Below are positions 1-12,300 of a stretch of DNA of 64,000 nucleotides, one piece after another (position 1 is the first letter of the stretch; each line of letters opens with the position of its first letter). The notes below the pieces were generated by a model. That model ran no database searches and was not told where the DNA came from. It was given only the letters and a program-made list of their open reading frames with translations. Source of the DNA: Tubiluchus corallicola (Eukaryota; Animalia; Priapulida); the NCBI GenBank assembly GCA_030141605.1, contig JAQGDQ010000319.1, forward strand, positions 124,001 through 188,000. Reading direction: 5' to 3'. The position numbers and the translations under genes were made by a program.

Positions 1-94
1 GTCAAAATCACTAACTACCTGTCTAGTACCATATCTTTGTACCATTCTAGTAAAAAATTAATTGCGCTAAGAATTAACGATGCGTGTTGCCTAG

Positions 95-324
95 GTACCC
101 GTACAGTACTGGCAAACGAAAATCACCAACGATCTGCTTCGTACTTGGATAAGTCCGCACACTTCGGTTCCGTATGCGTTCGACGAGCCCACTCTCCGAT
201 CCAACATCACGTGTTCCGTCAAAGGTGGAACGACGGAAACGTACAGTATGGCTACGTTTGGCGATGGCCGTCGCTTGTGTTATGAGAACTTCATCTACAT
301 AGGTGTGAAAGGAACGTTCAAACA
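95..324 (+). CDS. VPS13D: VPS13D exon (VPVQYWQ...YAFDEPTL...YENFIYIGVKGTFK)
   Basis: ctag| acceptor, |gtaagt donor; open frame not in ORF track. Confidence 0.88.
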
Positions 325-3300
325 GTAAGTACTGATCATTATAATAAACATGATGTGCCGTTTGCATGTTATAAAGAGTGTCACGAAATGATGACTTCTG
401 TGCGATAGAAAAAATCAACGTCACAAATTTGTTTTTCATTTTAAATAAGGACCCCATCTTAATGTCTGGCATTGTCACCATTTGCAGGCCTGACAACTAC
501 TAATTGATTAACCCTTTCATTACGGAAGGCGGCATACAGGCACCTATGTTTTTCATGCAAGGGACGGAAGGCGGTAGACTGCCGTCCCAGCTCAGCATTA
601 AGCGCAGTCACCCAGGTCTGTTTATTTCACTGCTACGGCCATGTAAAAACATTGTAGAAATTGGGGTTGCTTCGTAACAAGTAAAGCTAATCAGCCAATC
701 AGCATCTGAAGCCAGGTGCATTCCACAATACTGTACTGTATAGTATGTTCCCACGCAAAATCACTTGTAGATCGTTGATGAAATGCATGTTTAGTTGATT
801 GTTCTGCATTGTTATAAAATGATTGCATATTATGGATTAGTATTGTGTCTTTTGTGAAAACTGGTTTCTAAATATAAGTACATGATTATTTATGAGGGTG
901 TGCACGTGTGTATGTGTACATGAGTGCATGTATGTGTGTGTATGTGTAGAAATAAAACTTAATATTGGTACTCAATAACGAACAGCTGTTTGTTTGTTTA
1001 CAAGATTCTGTTTTAGTAATTGGCCAAAATCAATGTGGCCCAGTTAAAAAGCCACAACGTAGTGAAAGGGTTAATGGCATTGTTTGATAATGTCTATCAT
1101 TGAGGACTCAAGTCTTCAAGAACTGTCCAATCAGCTCAGCTGTTTTCAGGCTCAGTAATATGAAATTCCTTCTCAACAGATCTTTGTGGACAGGTGAATT
1201 ATAAAAAATTTAAACGAGACACCAAAAATTCTTTTACTGTAATTATTTTGACGGACTACAAAATGTAAACAAAATTTTTTAATTAGATGTATATTTTATG
1301 CGCTTTTGCCTTTATAATTATTGTATTTTGTAAGTAAAACTTCAAATTTGGTGTCGCAAGGTCTCATCGTAAACGAGCTGATCGCACATTGAGCTCATCC
1401 TGTAAAAATATTTTTAGTGAATAAATAAAAATGCATAACTTTGTTAATCTTTAATTTCTAGAGATAAAAAATGATGCGAATTAGCGAAAAACAGATTTAA
1501 TATGGAATTATTTTGTAATTAAATTAAGACAACTATATTTACTTGTGATCACTTTTAAATCCGACGGGTGTGGTTTTTTTATGCACATAAACCAGGGGTG
1601 TGCAAATTATCTGACTAGCCGGGCCACATTAAACTTTGCCGCAATTCCTGCGGGCCACAGGCAGTTTGATCAAGGAGCCAAGTACAGAAAGGCCTAATAA
1701 TGATTTTCTTTGCATCCGACCTGCGTACATCATTACTACTACACTCAAGAAACTATTTTAGAACTTATTAAAATTTATATTACAAACCATATATTTCTAC
1801 TTTCAGGACAGATAGTGGTAATTTCATTACAATGCATATTAGTAATATGTATCACACAGTCTGTGTAATACAGTGACAGAAGGATGCCAACAACAACATT
1901 CTATAAAAGTCCTTTGTCTCACCCAGAGGGCCATATTGTTAGAGTCCTCTATGAAATTAATAATCCGTCAGTATGGAATAAGACACCACTGAACTTGTTT
2001 TGTATTTATATAAAACGTAGAAAATGAATAGTTTAAAGACCTAAATACCAGAAACCTTCTATGAAATAACATACTTGTATATATTGTAATTTATCTTAGT
2101 TGTGAATTTGATTTTACTGTATAATTTTTAAGATGTACTGTACCTTTGATACGAAATAAAGAGTTTTAGTTGTATTATATAATCTATGATCTATCGTATT
2201 GTTTATTCTAGGTTTTTAGGCGAGTATGTTCCAGCGAGTGAACTGGCTGCTATGGAGTTGGTACTTGATGTACCTCAAGGTTACGGTGTCATTTTAGCTA
2301 AGAAGGTATGATGTTCTATTAGTAACAGATGAGTGATTTTTTTACTGATTTACAACGTTATTTTGTGCTTCTGTGGTTTCTACAACTTTCCATGATATCC
2401 TTGTCTTCTTACTTTTCGCAATGTTCGAGTTGTTTTGCTATTTTTGTGATTGGTTAATTTAGTTTTTGCTCTGCTGATGTCAGACGTTTTCTGTTTAAAT
2501 CTTGTTGTTCAACTTTTTACTGTTCTTACCTCTAGATCACTTTTAATGTTGCTACTATTAAGAAATTAAAAGCGGTCTACTATTTTGCATTGACGAAGTT
2601 TTGTGCTTACCATAGGGGGCACCACAGTATCTAGAATATTTGCCGAAAATGGCTGTAATCATTTTAAAGTCATTTTATGTAAAAATACTTCAGCCTTCAT
2701 CAGCGAGTTTTAAATTCAAGCAATGAAGCCATTTCAATTCAAGCAATGAAGCCATTTCAATTCAAGCAATGAAGCCATATGAAGTTTTATTCTTAATACT
2801 GATGTCATTTTAACTTCGGATATATTCCGAGTAATAAGTCAAAAGCCTACTGAATATATATATAGTCTAATTTGTTGTTTTTACATAAAAAGATGCATAA
2901 CGCTTCCGTCTACGAGTTGTTAACTAAAATGTTTTGCTGTTATTGAAATATATAATTTAGATTTACTCTTGACTTTCAAGAAAAACCGCACAACTATTTG
3001 ATTAAAAGAGTGGCCACCCAAAATATAATTTATTGGAACTTACATGATTTGGTGCATTTACATTATTACTTTCCATCACAACAGGACAACCAATTATAGA
3101 TAATTATTCACTTTATCACACAGGTAATGCAATATGCACAGAGTACCAATGCTAGATATATGACGCACAAATCAGCACATAACTATAAAAAACTATTGAA
3201 AATAGTCGGATCGTATGACGTTTGCTTATAGGATTAGCAAGCGTCAAATGGTCACCTGTACAAAGGTGACGATGGAATTTATAACTTTAGAATGAAGCCC

Positions 3301-6300
3301 ATATAAATAATTCAAGGTTAACCTAATCTAAAATTACAGCCTGAACGACTCTATATAGATTTGCAAAAGTTGTAGGAACCGGAATAAACTAGTTTGCAAT
3401 ACTGTAAATGAAAAGTCTAGCAGCAGAGTAGAACTCAATCACGGGAATCCGCGACATCCTTTAACCCTAGGATATCGCAGTCAGGATCCGTTGTAACATT
3501 TCAGTCGCTGATTTCTCACATACATTAAAATACATTACAGTAACATTTGTTAATTTTGTGAAGTAATGTCAAGATGCGAACATTCTCTGATGTGAAGTAT
3601 CACGGTACCAGTGTTCATACATTCCAGCGTATAATGAAGGATTATTTCTTTACATATTCGTATTGTAGACGACTCTTTAGCGACATCTCCCAAAAACATA
3701 TCGTAAGTATAGGTCCACCCTAAAAATTTCATCTTAAAATCGCTTCCTAAAAATTCGTCTTGTACATAAGTATATACGATAATTTTTAACATTTGATAGA
3801 AGAAACCCTTTTTCCATTACACAGGTATTATTTGGGATTAAGCCGTCAACCAACACTGCTACTTGTCGGGTTGCTAGGCCCTATGAGCATGTCTAGGTAG
3901 AAATCTATGCCAAATTAGTTACTTTGAACTGATCTTTGAGACTATCATTTGGGAAAGTCCTTTACACGTGTTTTTTATCAAGCTGTTTTAGAGGCAACAG
4001 TTACATGCTGATTCATTTTACGTGCGTAAACCGATTGTTACATTTGTACAGGAGTCTGGTAAGCGTTCTCAGCTATGGCGCATGACTAGCACGGGCATGT
4101 TGGAACACGAAGGTACGAGTACGCCACACGATCCCGGTAAAAAGAACGACGCTAACAGCAAACTAGTGCTGGATATTGACAATTCCGCACCGCAGCCGGA
4201 CCGCTACTCCAAGTTGATACTTCGCATGAAGGACAAGCGACGAACGCTAACGCAGACGTGGCATTTTACCGAGGTGTGTGTCTAACTAATGTTAACTATA
4301 GTGATAAAGTATGCGTAGAAATATGTAAAAAGTATAAAATAGAAGTGCAGTTGTATGTAAGTAAACCGTCGTACCTCAAATCTCAATAACTTCTTAATCC
4401 CTTTTCGAAATGCGGCATCATCTAAGAATTGTGACATCGCAGTGAATGCCTGTTTCTGTCAGCCGAGTTAGACACCATTTCAGTACCTTTCCTGTAAAAT
4501 ATTGTTTAAAGAGACATTTGACTTTTGTCAAACAAGTTATAACATAAGAGTTTGTGGTGTTTAGAGATTCTGTAATGAGACACAACAAACGTAGTTTTGT
4601 TAGGATGTAGTATTTTTAGGATTAATGTATGTTGGCTTAAACGTAGCTTGTTTTTCTAGAATTGTTAGTTTTGCAATGTATGCATTGCAGCCAACAATTA
4701 TATTAATAAACGACATTTTAAACAATCACTGATTTAGATCTTTATTTATCTCAAAGATAATTTCTCTTGTTGTGAAGCCAACTTGTTTTTCACCTGTTCA
4801 GACTTTAGTATGAAAGAACTGATGTTACTGGCTTTCAGTTAAAAAATTAAGCCAGAGATCATTTAAAATGTCTTTTTCTTCTGCAATTTTTCTGATGAAA
4901 TCTCTGTCGAAGCTGTGACCAGAAGGGGAAGCCCTTACAAACAGCCCAAGTGATTTGTTCTAATGCTTTACATTTTGCCAAATGCCACTTCACACTTTAC
5001 GTTCCCATTTCCTAAACTGAGAAACTTATCTGTAAGAGCAGGGATGGCTCAGACAATTAATTGTTAACCTGTTTTTGCTCTGTGAACTGTATGCTTGGTA
5101 GACACGTGGAGAATAACTTACATTATTTTTTTGATTTATAGTATTCTAGTGCTGGAATTGAACCCACAACTTTCTGCATAGAAAGCAAACAAATTATATA
5201 GTATTATTACAATGGCGTAGAGATTGATACCTTTCAGACGTCGTTTAGCAAATTTTAGTTGACTGAGATTATATTATTGCAGCTGTAAACTTTCTTACTT
5301 AACTCCAGTCTAATCATATTTACAGGATGGAAGGCTTTGTTGTCCCCAGGTTCGTGGTTTGTTCGTTCAAATTCAGTCTGGATACTTGCGCAAAGGTAAG
5401 CGTCTTTATTCTTTCTTATGCCACCGTAAAATGTAATTATGAGAAGATATTTTTTGTTGGCATCCTTCTGTCTTGGAAGACACTGGAGTGTGCGCTAAGA
5501 GAGTCAGTTATTGATCACATTGATGGAGGTGCAGCGTCGACTGTGGCTGAGCAGTGCTATCCTTAAACGTCTCCAGGGCGCACGCCTGGGCAAGGTGTAT
5601 GGATATCCTGAATTGCCCAGACAACAGGACCCCCTCTCTTCCTCCCTGGTGTAGTCCAAAGGAAAGCGGAGCGATACGTTTGGCACCAGGTTGGCTGCAG
5701 GAGCTGCCGGAGCTGCCGGAGTTAGTGAGCATGCTGCACTGGTCCGTCTTTGGGGCTCCACTCCTGATTTGAAAGGTTTACTCCTCTACACATGGCTGTT
5801 GGGTCACTTGACCCATTGAATCATTTTGATCGCTTGAGCAACATTGATTCGTCTTGATCACTTGAGCAACATTGAATCATCTTGATCACTTGAGCAACAT
5901 TGAATCGCCTTGATCACTTGAGCAACATTGAATCGCCTTGATCACTTGAGCAACATTGAATCATCTTGATCACTTGACTGTTTTCTCTCTAGGTGCAGAT
6001 GTTTTGTTTGGACCTTCACAATCTGTAACCCACGGTTACATTGATGGCGTACCTATTGAACAAGGAATCGTACGTCAGAAGTTGAGACCGGGATCTGGCA
6101 TGTTGGCAGTCAAGGTCGTTCCGGATGGACCGACTCGAGTCTTGCAGATCATTGATCAATTGCAAAAGGTGAAAAATTTAAAAAAACTTCGTGTTAAAAG
6201 CAAAACAATAACAAACTATCAGCTACTTAGTATAAATCAATTTTTTCCGTGAAGTTTCTTCTTTGTGAAACTTTTTGTCACCTACCTGAAAACTACATTC

Positions 6301-9300
6301 ACACTCAATTAAAAAACAATGTCAACGGATACCTTCCTTCAGTTTGTACAAAGTGCTTCAAAAAAGGCCAGTCAAGGTAAAGAACTTCAGTAAAAAGGTG
6401 AAGCGATGGACAGAAACAGCATGAAATATTGCCAATGTTAATTTTATTTTATAATTTGCACAGACTTTGCACCTTCAGCACAAAGCGGACTGGATTCTTG
6501 TTGAAGAATCAAAATTGGGAGCTTTGCAGCCAGTGGATCAGAGTGGGCAAGTGCAAGAACCTCCAAAGAAAGATTTACAGGTGACGAAATCTGGTTACTC
6601 TCTCATAGGCAGCAGAGTTTTATGTTTACATGGGAGGGAAGTGTGTTAAAATTTCAGAGTTTTTAATAATTCTGGCTTAGCATAAACACGTTTGACAATT
6701 CTTTGAGATACGGTTTCTCTTGCTGATGCTGTTGTAGCGTTGTGATCAATATCGTTCAACTTTTCATAGATTTACATCAAACTCTCCGGAGGTCTGGGCA
6801 TCTCTTTGGTCAATCATTTATCTGAGGAACTTTGTTACACGTCTCTCTCGGACATCTTACTGGAGTACACGGTCAGCAGTAAAGGTACTACGGTTGACGG
6901 AAGCATTCGAGACATTCAGGTTCGTTCTTACATTAATTTTATCTACACCTGTGAAAGTCATGTTTGAAGTTGTAGATCACTCACTTTGTAAAACAAGAAT
7001 AAACAACGATACTACATATTTCCACAAAACTGAAAAGTGTTTATTAGACTACACAGACATATGTAGAATGACTGCTACACTGAACACTGAGATCAAGAGT
7101 GTCCTGCACTGATCACTGAGAGTTAGATATTAAGTGACATGGGTGTCACGACTGCTGCACTGCACTGAGAGTGTGAGTTAGACAGTAACACGACTGCTGC
7201 ACTGCACTGAGAGTGAGACAGTTAGACAGTGACTAGAAAGTAAATCCAGTCAGTATATATACGTAGAGGTGATTATGCAAACTTGGCTTCACAAAAACCA
7301 TTACTGTAAAATAGGGAGAGATCCAGTGTATATGCATTCACTGGACCGTACAATTATACTGGGGGTGAGTTTAGCTAGTGAAATGTAAAAGGATTAGTTC
7401 ATAGATGGCAGCACCTAAAAAATATACAATTACAATTTCCACAACACTCTTGCATTATATGCATTCAGTTCTTGTGTAATTTCTTGAATGAATTTGAAAC
7501 AATATTTGATGTAAATTATTAATGTGTTTTTATCATTGCTGTCCCTAGTAGTATGGATATCATGCAATTTTGATCACGGGAGGTTATTTCCAGGTTATAG
7601 TCTTGTCGTGAATTACTTCGCGTTTGATTAACTTGACTTGTGAATATTGCATCGTTTGTCTTCTTGCTCGTCTCTCTTTCATAAATTCTTCATCTCATTC
7701 CCTCCCTTTTTTAGGCTTGTTATAACAGTGAAATAGCTTAAATATCCCTCTAATCTTACTGTACTTATTTGCTTCTGAATGACCTTTTACATTAATAGTG
7801 TTCTAGTTTTCTGTATTTAAGCTGTGTAAGTCAGGTCTACCTTGAACATTTAGACCTGTGGGCTAGTCAGCTTAATGTTCCGCTGTGTTTTAGTATAGTA
7901 GTATTTTAGTATTGATAATAATTGATTCTGTGATTATACCTGCTAGTATAGTTATTATAATATGATTCTTCGTGGCGTGTTAATGATTGTGTTGTTTGAT
8001 TCCTTGATTGTAAAAGCTAACAGGCTTAATGATTGTGGGCAAACTTTAATTCAGTATCAGCTCTCCCCCCTATTTTCTTGCCACAAGTCTGTTATTTAGA
8101 CACTGTATAACTCTGCTTAAAGTTTGTTCAATTACACTTCCAAGTTACTATTTAAAAGCAAATTGAATGTTTTTGTAAAAAATTTGTGTGTTTATTTAGA
8201 GGATTGTTCAGCTGAAGTTTGAAAACTTTTGCATAAAACTGTTCTATAGTAATACTTCAAACTTCTAACATGGTTTTTCACCCAACAAATAACAAATACA
8301 AATTTACAACATAGTTGAAGAAAAAACAACACGAAAAATTAGTACATTTAAACTATGAATAGTAAACCTGTGTGGCTGAGGAGACCTAAAAACAGCAAAA
8401 CAGCCACATAAATTAAAGGCCACCTCAGGAAGAAATGGAAAAGGAGAAAGAGAGGAATGGATGAAAACAACAACAGAGAAACAGACAGGCGGATGTCAAT
8501 GTGAAAATCTGTGTTGTACCAAACAACGACAACAATAATAAAATAATAATAAAGTCATTCTCACCATTAATAAATTTTAAAGCTGAATTGACATGAAATT
8601 TGTGTCAACTCACACATAGTGCCATAAAGAGAATTGACATGAAATTTGTGTCAACTCACATATAGTGCCATAAAGAGAATTGACACGAAATTTGTGTCAA
8701 CTCACACATAGTGCCATAAAGAGAATTGACACGAAATTTGTGTCAACTCACACATAGTGCCATAAAGAGAATTGACATGAAATTTGTGTCAACTCACACA
8801 TAGTGCCATAAAGAGAATTGACATGAAATTTGTGTCAACGCACACATAGTGCCATAAAGAGAATTGACACGAAATTTGTGTCAACTCACACATAGTGCCA
8901 TAAAGAGAATTGACACGAAATTTGTGTCAACTCACACATAGTGCCATAAAGAGAATTGACACGAAATTTGTGTCAACTCACACATAGTGCCACAAAGAGA
9001 ATTGACACGAAATTTGTGTCAACTCACACATAGTGCCATAAAGAGAATCGACACGAAATTTGTGTCAACTCACACATAGTGCCATAAAGAGAATCGACAC
9101 GAAATTTGTGTCAACTCACACATAGTGCCACAAAGAGAATCGACACGAAATTTGTGTCAACTCACACATAGTGCCACAAAGAGAATTGACACGAAATTTG
9201 TGTCAACTCACACATAGTGCCATAAAGAGAATTGACATGAAATTTGTGTCAACTCACACATAGTGCCATAAAGAGAATTGACACGAAATTTGTGTCAACT

Positions 9301-12300
9301 CACACATAGTGCCATAAAGAGAATTGACACGAAATTTGTGTCAACTCACACATAGTGCCATAAAGAGAATTGACATGAAATTTGTGTCAACTCACATATA
9401 GTGCCATAAAGAGAATTGACATGAAATTTGTGTCAACTCACACATAGTGCCATAAAGAGAATTGACATGAAATTTGTGTCAACTCACACATAGTGCCATA
9501 AAGAGAATTGACATGAAATTTGTGTCAACTCACACATAGTGTCATAAAGACAGCATATGTAACAATTACGTATGTGACAAAAATCATTGTTGATATTGAT
9601 GAAAAACAGAAGTGACTAGACACAGAACAGAAGTGAGTAGACACAGAACAGAAGTGAGTAGACACAGAACAGAAGTGAGTAGACACAGAACAGAAGTGAG
9701 TAGACACAGAACAGAAGTAAGTAGACACAGAACAGAAGTGTGTAGACACAGAACAGAAGTGAGTAGACACAGAACAGAAGTGAGTAGACACAGAACAGAA
9801 GTGACTAGACACAGAACAGAAGTGAGTAGACACAGAACAGAAGTGAGGGGACACAGAACAGAAGTGAGTAGACACAGAACAGAAGTGAGTAGACACAGAA
9901 CAGAAGTGTGAAGACACAGAACAGAAGTGAGTAGACACAGAACAGAAGTGAGTAGACACAGAACAGAAGTGAGTAGACACAGAACAGAAGTTTTTCTGAA
10001 CAGACGTTTGAGTGTACGTATTATAAACACTGATATCTTCTCTAGGTTGATAATCAACTTCTTGGCGTACAAGAACCTGTCATGTTGCATCTCACGCCTC
10101 CCCCGGACAAGACAGACATGATACAGGGGCTACCGGCACTACGGCTCATTACTCATATGATTCCTAGTCAGCCGAAACTGAATGCTAGCATATATCAGGT
10201 ATTAGCTGTACATGTACATCTGATCTTGCTAATGTAAAATATTCTTGTCCTAAGATGTCTTTAGTGTTTTTTTAATCGTCGGCTACCGGGAATACTTCAC
10301 GATCACGTGAATACTAGCAATGTGGTGTAGTCGCACTGATGCATACTTGCGGAAGAAATGCTACTCACTAAACCTATACCATGTCTTTGCCTACTTTGCA
10401 TTGGAGAAAGCTGTATTAAGTTTACGTAATGAAAAATTGTAAGATGAAAAATCATCATGTAACTTCTAACAATGGTGCAGACCCTGGGTGTTGCCATGGT
10501 GACTGAGTGACTTTTTGTCAGCCATGCAAGTATAATTGTGTCGTTTGCAGTCGTATGTAGTTCAGAATTTTTTTACTACAAGTACCTAAAAACTGATTAG
10601 TTCTGCTGCAGTACCATTAAATTCAAAGTTTAGTGCTCTTTCTGTTTTTGTGCTTAACATGGCTGATTTTCAGTACTTCATCATGCAAGTTCGACCGATG
10701 ACCTTAAAGCTGGAAGAGAGAATTCTCTGGAAACTGTTTCAGTTCTTTGGAATTTATCAGTCTGATGCTGATTCAGAAAATTTGGATGAGACAGACTTTG
10801 ATACACAAAGGTATTGATAAACAACGTGAATGTTAACACGTAAATTTCGTGCATTGGTAAACAACTTGAATGTTAACATGTAAATTTCACGCATTGGTAA
10901 ACAGCATGAATGTTAACACAAACTTTTCTTGTATTGGTAAACAACATGAACGTTCACACATAAGTTCATACACAAAGGTATTGATAAACAACGTGAATGT
11001 TAACACGTAATTTTCATGCATTGGTAAACAGCGTGAATATTAACACATAATTTTCATGCATTGATAAACAGCATGAATGTTAACACGTAATTTTCATGCA
11101 TTGGTAAACGGCATGAACGTTAACACGTAATTTTCATGCATTGGTAAACGGCATGAATGTTAACACGTAATTTTCATGCATTGGTAAACGACATGAATGT
11201 TAACACGTAATTTTCATGCATTGGTAAACGGCATGAATGTTAACACGTAATTTTCATGCATTGGTAAGCAGCATGAATGTTAACACGTAAATTTCGTGCA
11301 TTGGTAAACAACGTGAATGTTAACATGTAAATTTCACGCATTGGTAAACAGCATGAATGTTAACACAAACTTTTCTTGTATTGGTAAACAGCATGAATGT
11401 TAACACGTAAATTTCACGCATTGGTAAACAGCATGAATGTTAACACGAACTTTTCTTGTCTTGGTAAACGGCATGAATGTTAGCAGGTAATTTTCATGCA
11501 TTGGTAAACGGCATGAATGTTAACACGTAATTTTCATGCATTTGTAAACGGCATGAATGTTAACACGTAATTTTCATGCATTGGTAAACGGCATGAATGT
11601 TAACACGTAATTTTCATGCATTGGTAAACGGCATGAATGTTAACACGTAATTTTCATGCATTGGTAAGCAGCATGAATGTTAACACGTAAATTTCGTGCA
11701 TTGGTAAACAACGTGAATGTTAACATGTAAATTTCACGCATTGGTAAACAGCATGAATGTTAACACAAACTTTTCTTGTATTGGTAAACAGCATGAATGT
11801 TAACACGTAAATTTCACGCATTGGTAAACAGCATGAATGTTAACACGAACTTTTCTTGTCTTGGTAAACAGCATGAACGTTCACACATAAGTTCATACAC
11901 AAAGGTATTGATAAACAACGTGAATGTTAACACGTAATTTTCATGCATTGGTAAACAGCGTGAATGTTAACACATAATTTTCATGCATTGATAAACAGCA
12001 TGAATGTTAACACGTAATTTTCATGCATTGGTAAACGGCATGAATGTTAGCAGGTAATTTTCATGCATTGGTAAACGGCATGAATGTTAACACGTAATTT
12101 TCATGCATTGGTAAACGGCATGAATGTTAACACGTAATTTTCATGCATTGGTAAACGGCATGAATGTTAACACGTAATTTTCATGCATTGGTAAACAGCA
12201 TGAATGTTAACACGTAATTTTCGTGCATTGGTAAACAGCGTGAATGTTAACACGTAAATTTCGTGCATTGGTAAACAACGTGAATGTTAACACGTAATTT

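Noticed and set aside
37-496. ORF-track ORFs 37-285 (+) and 74-496 (-)
   Set aside because: Off-frame and antisense shadows of the real VPS13D exon 95-324.
5456-5813. HDV-like ribozyme in the SINE body
   Set aside because: I could not identify the nested double-pseudoknot pairing by eye; it needs an Infernal or RNArobo search.
8585-9550. CRISPR-like palindromic repeat array
   Set aside because: Units are contiguous with no unique spacers, there are no cas genes, and the context is a eukaryotic intron. The same applies to all other arrays.
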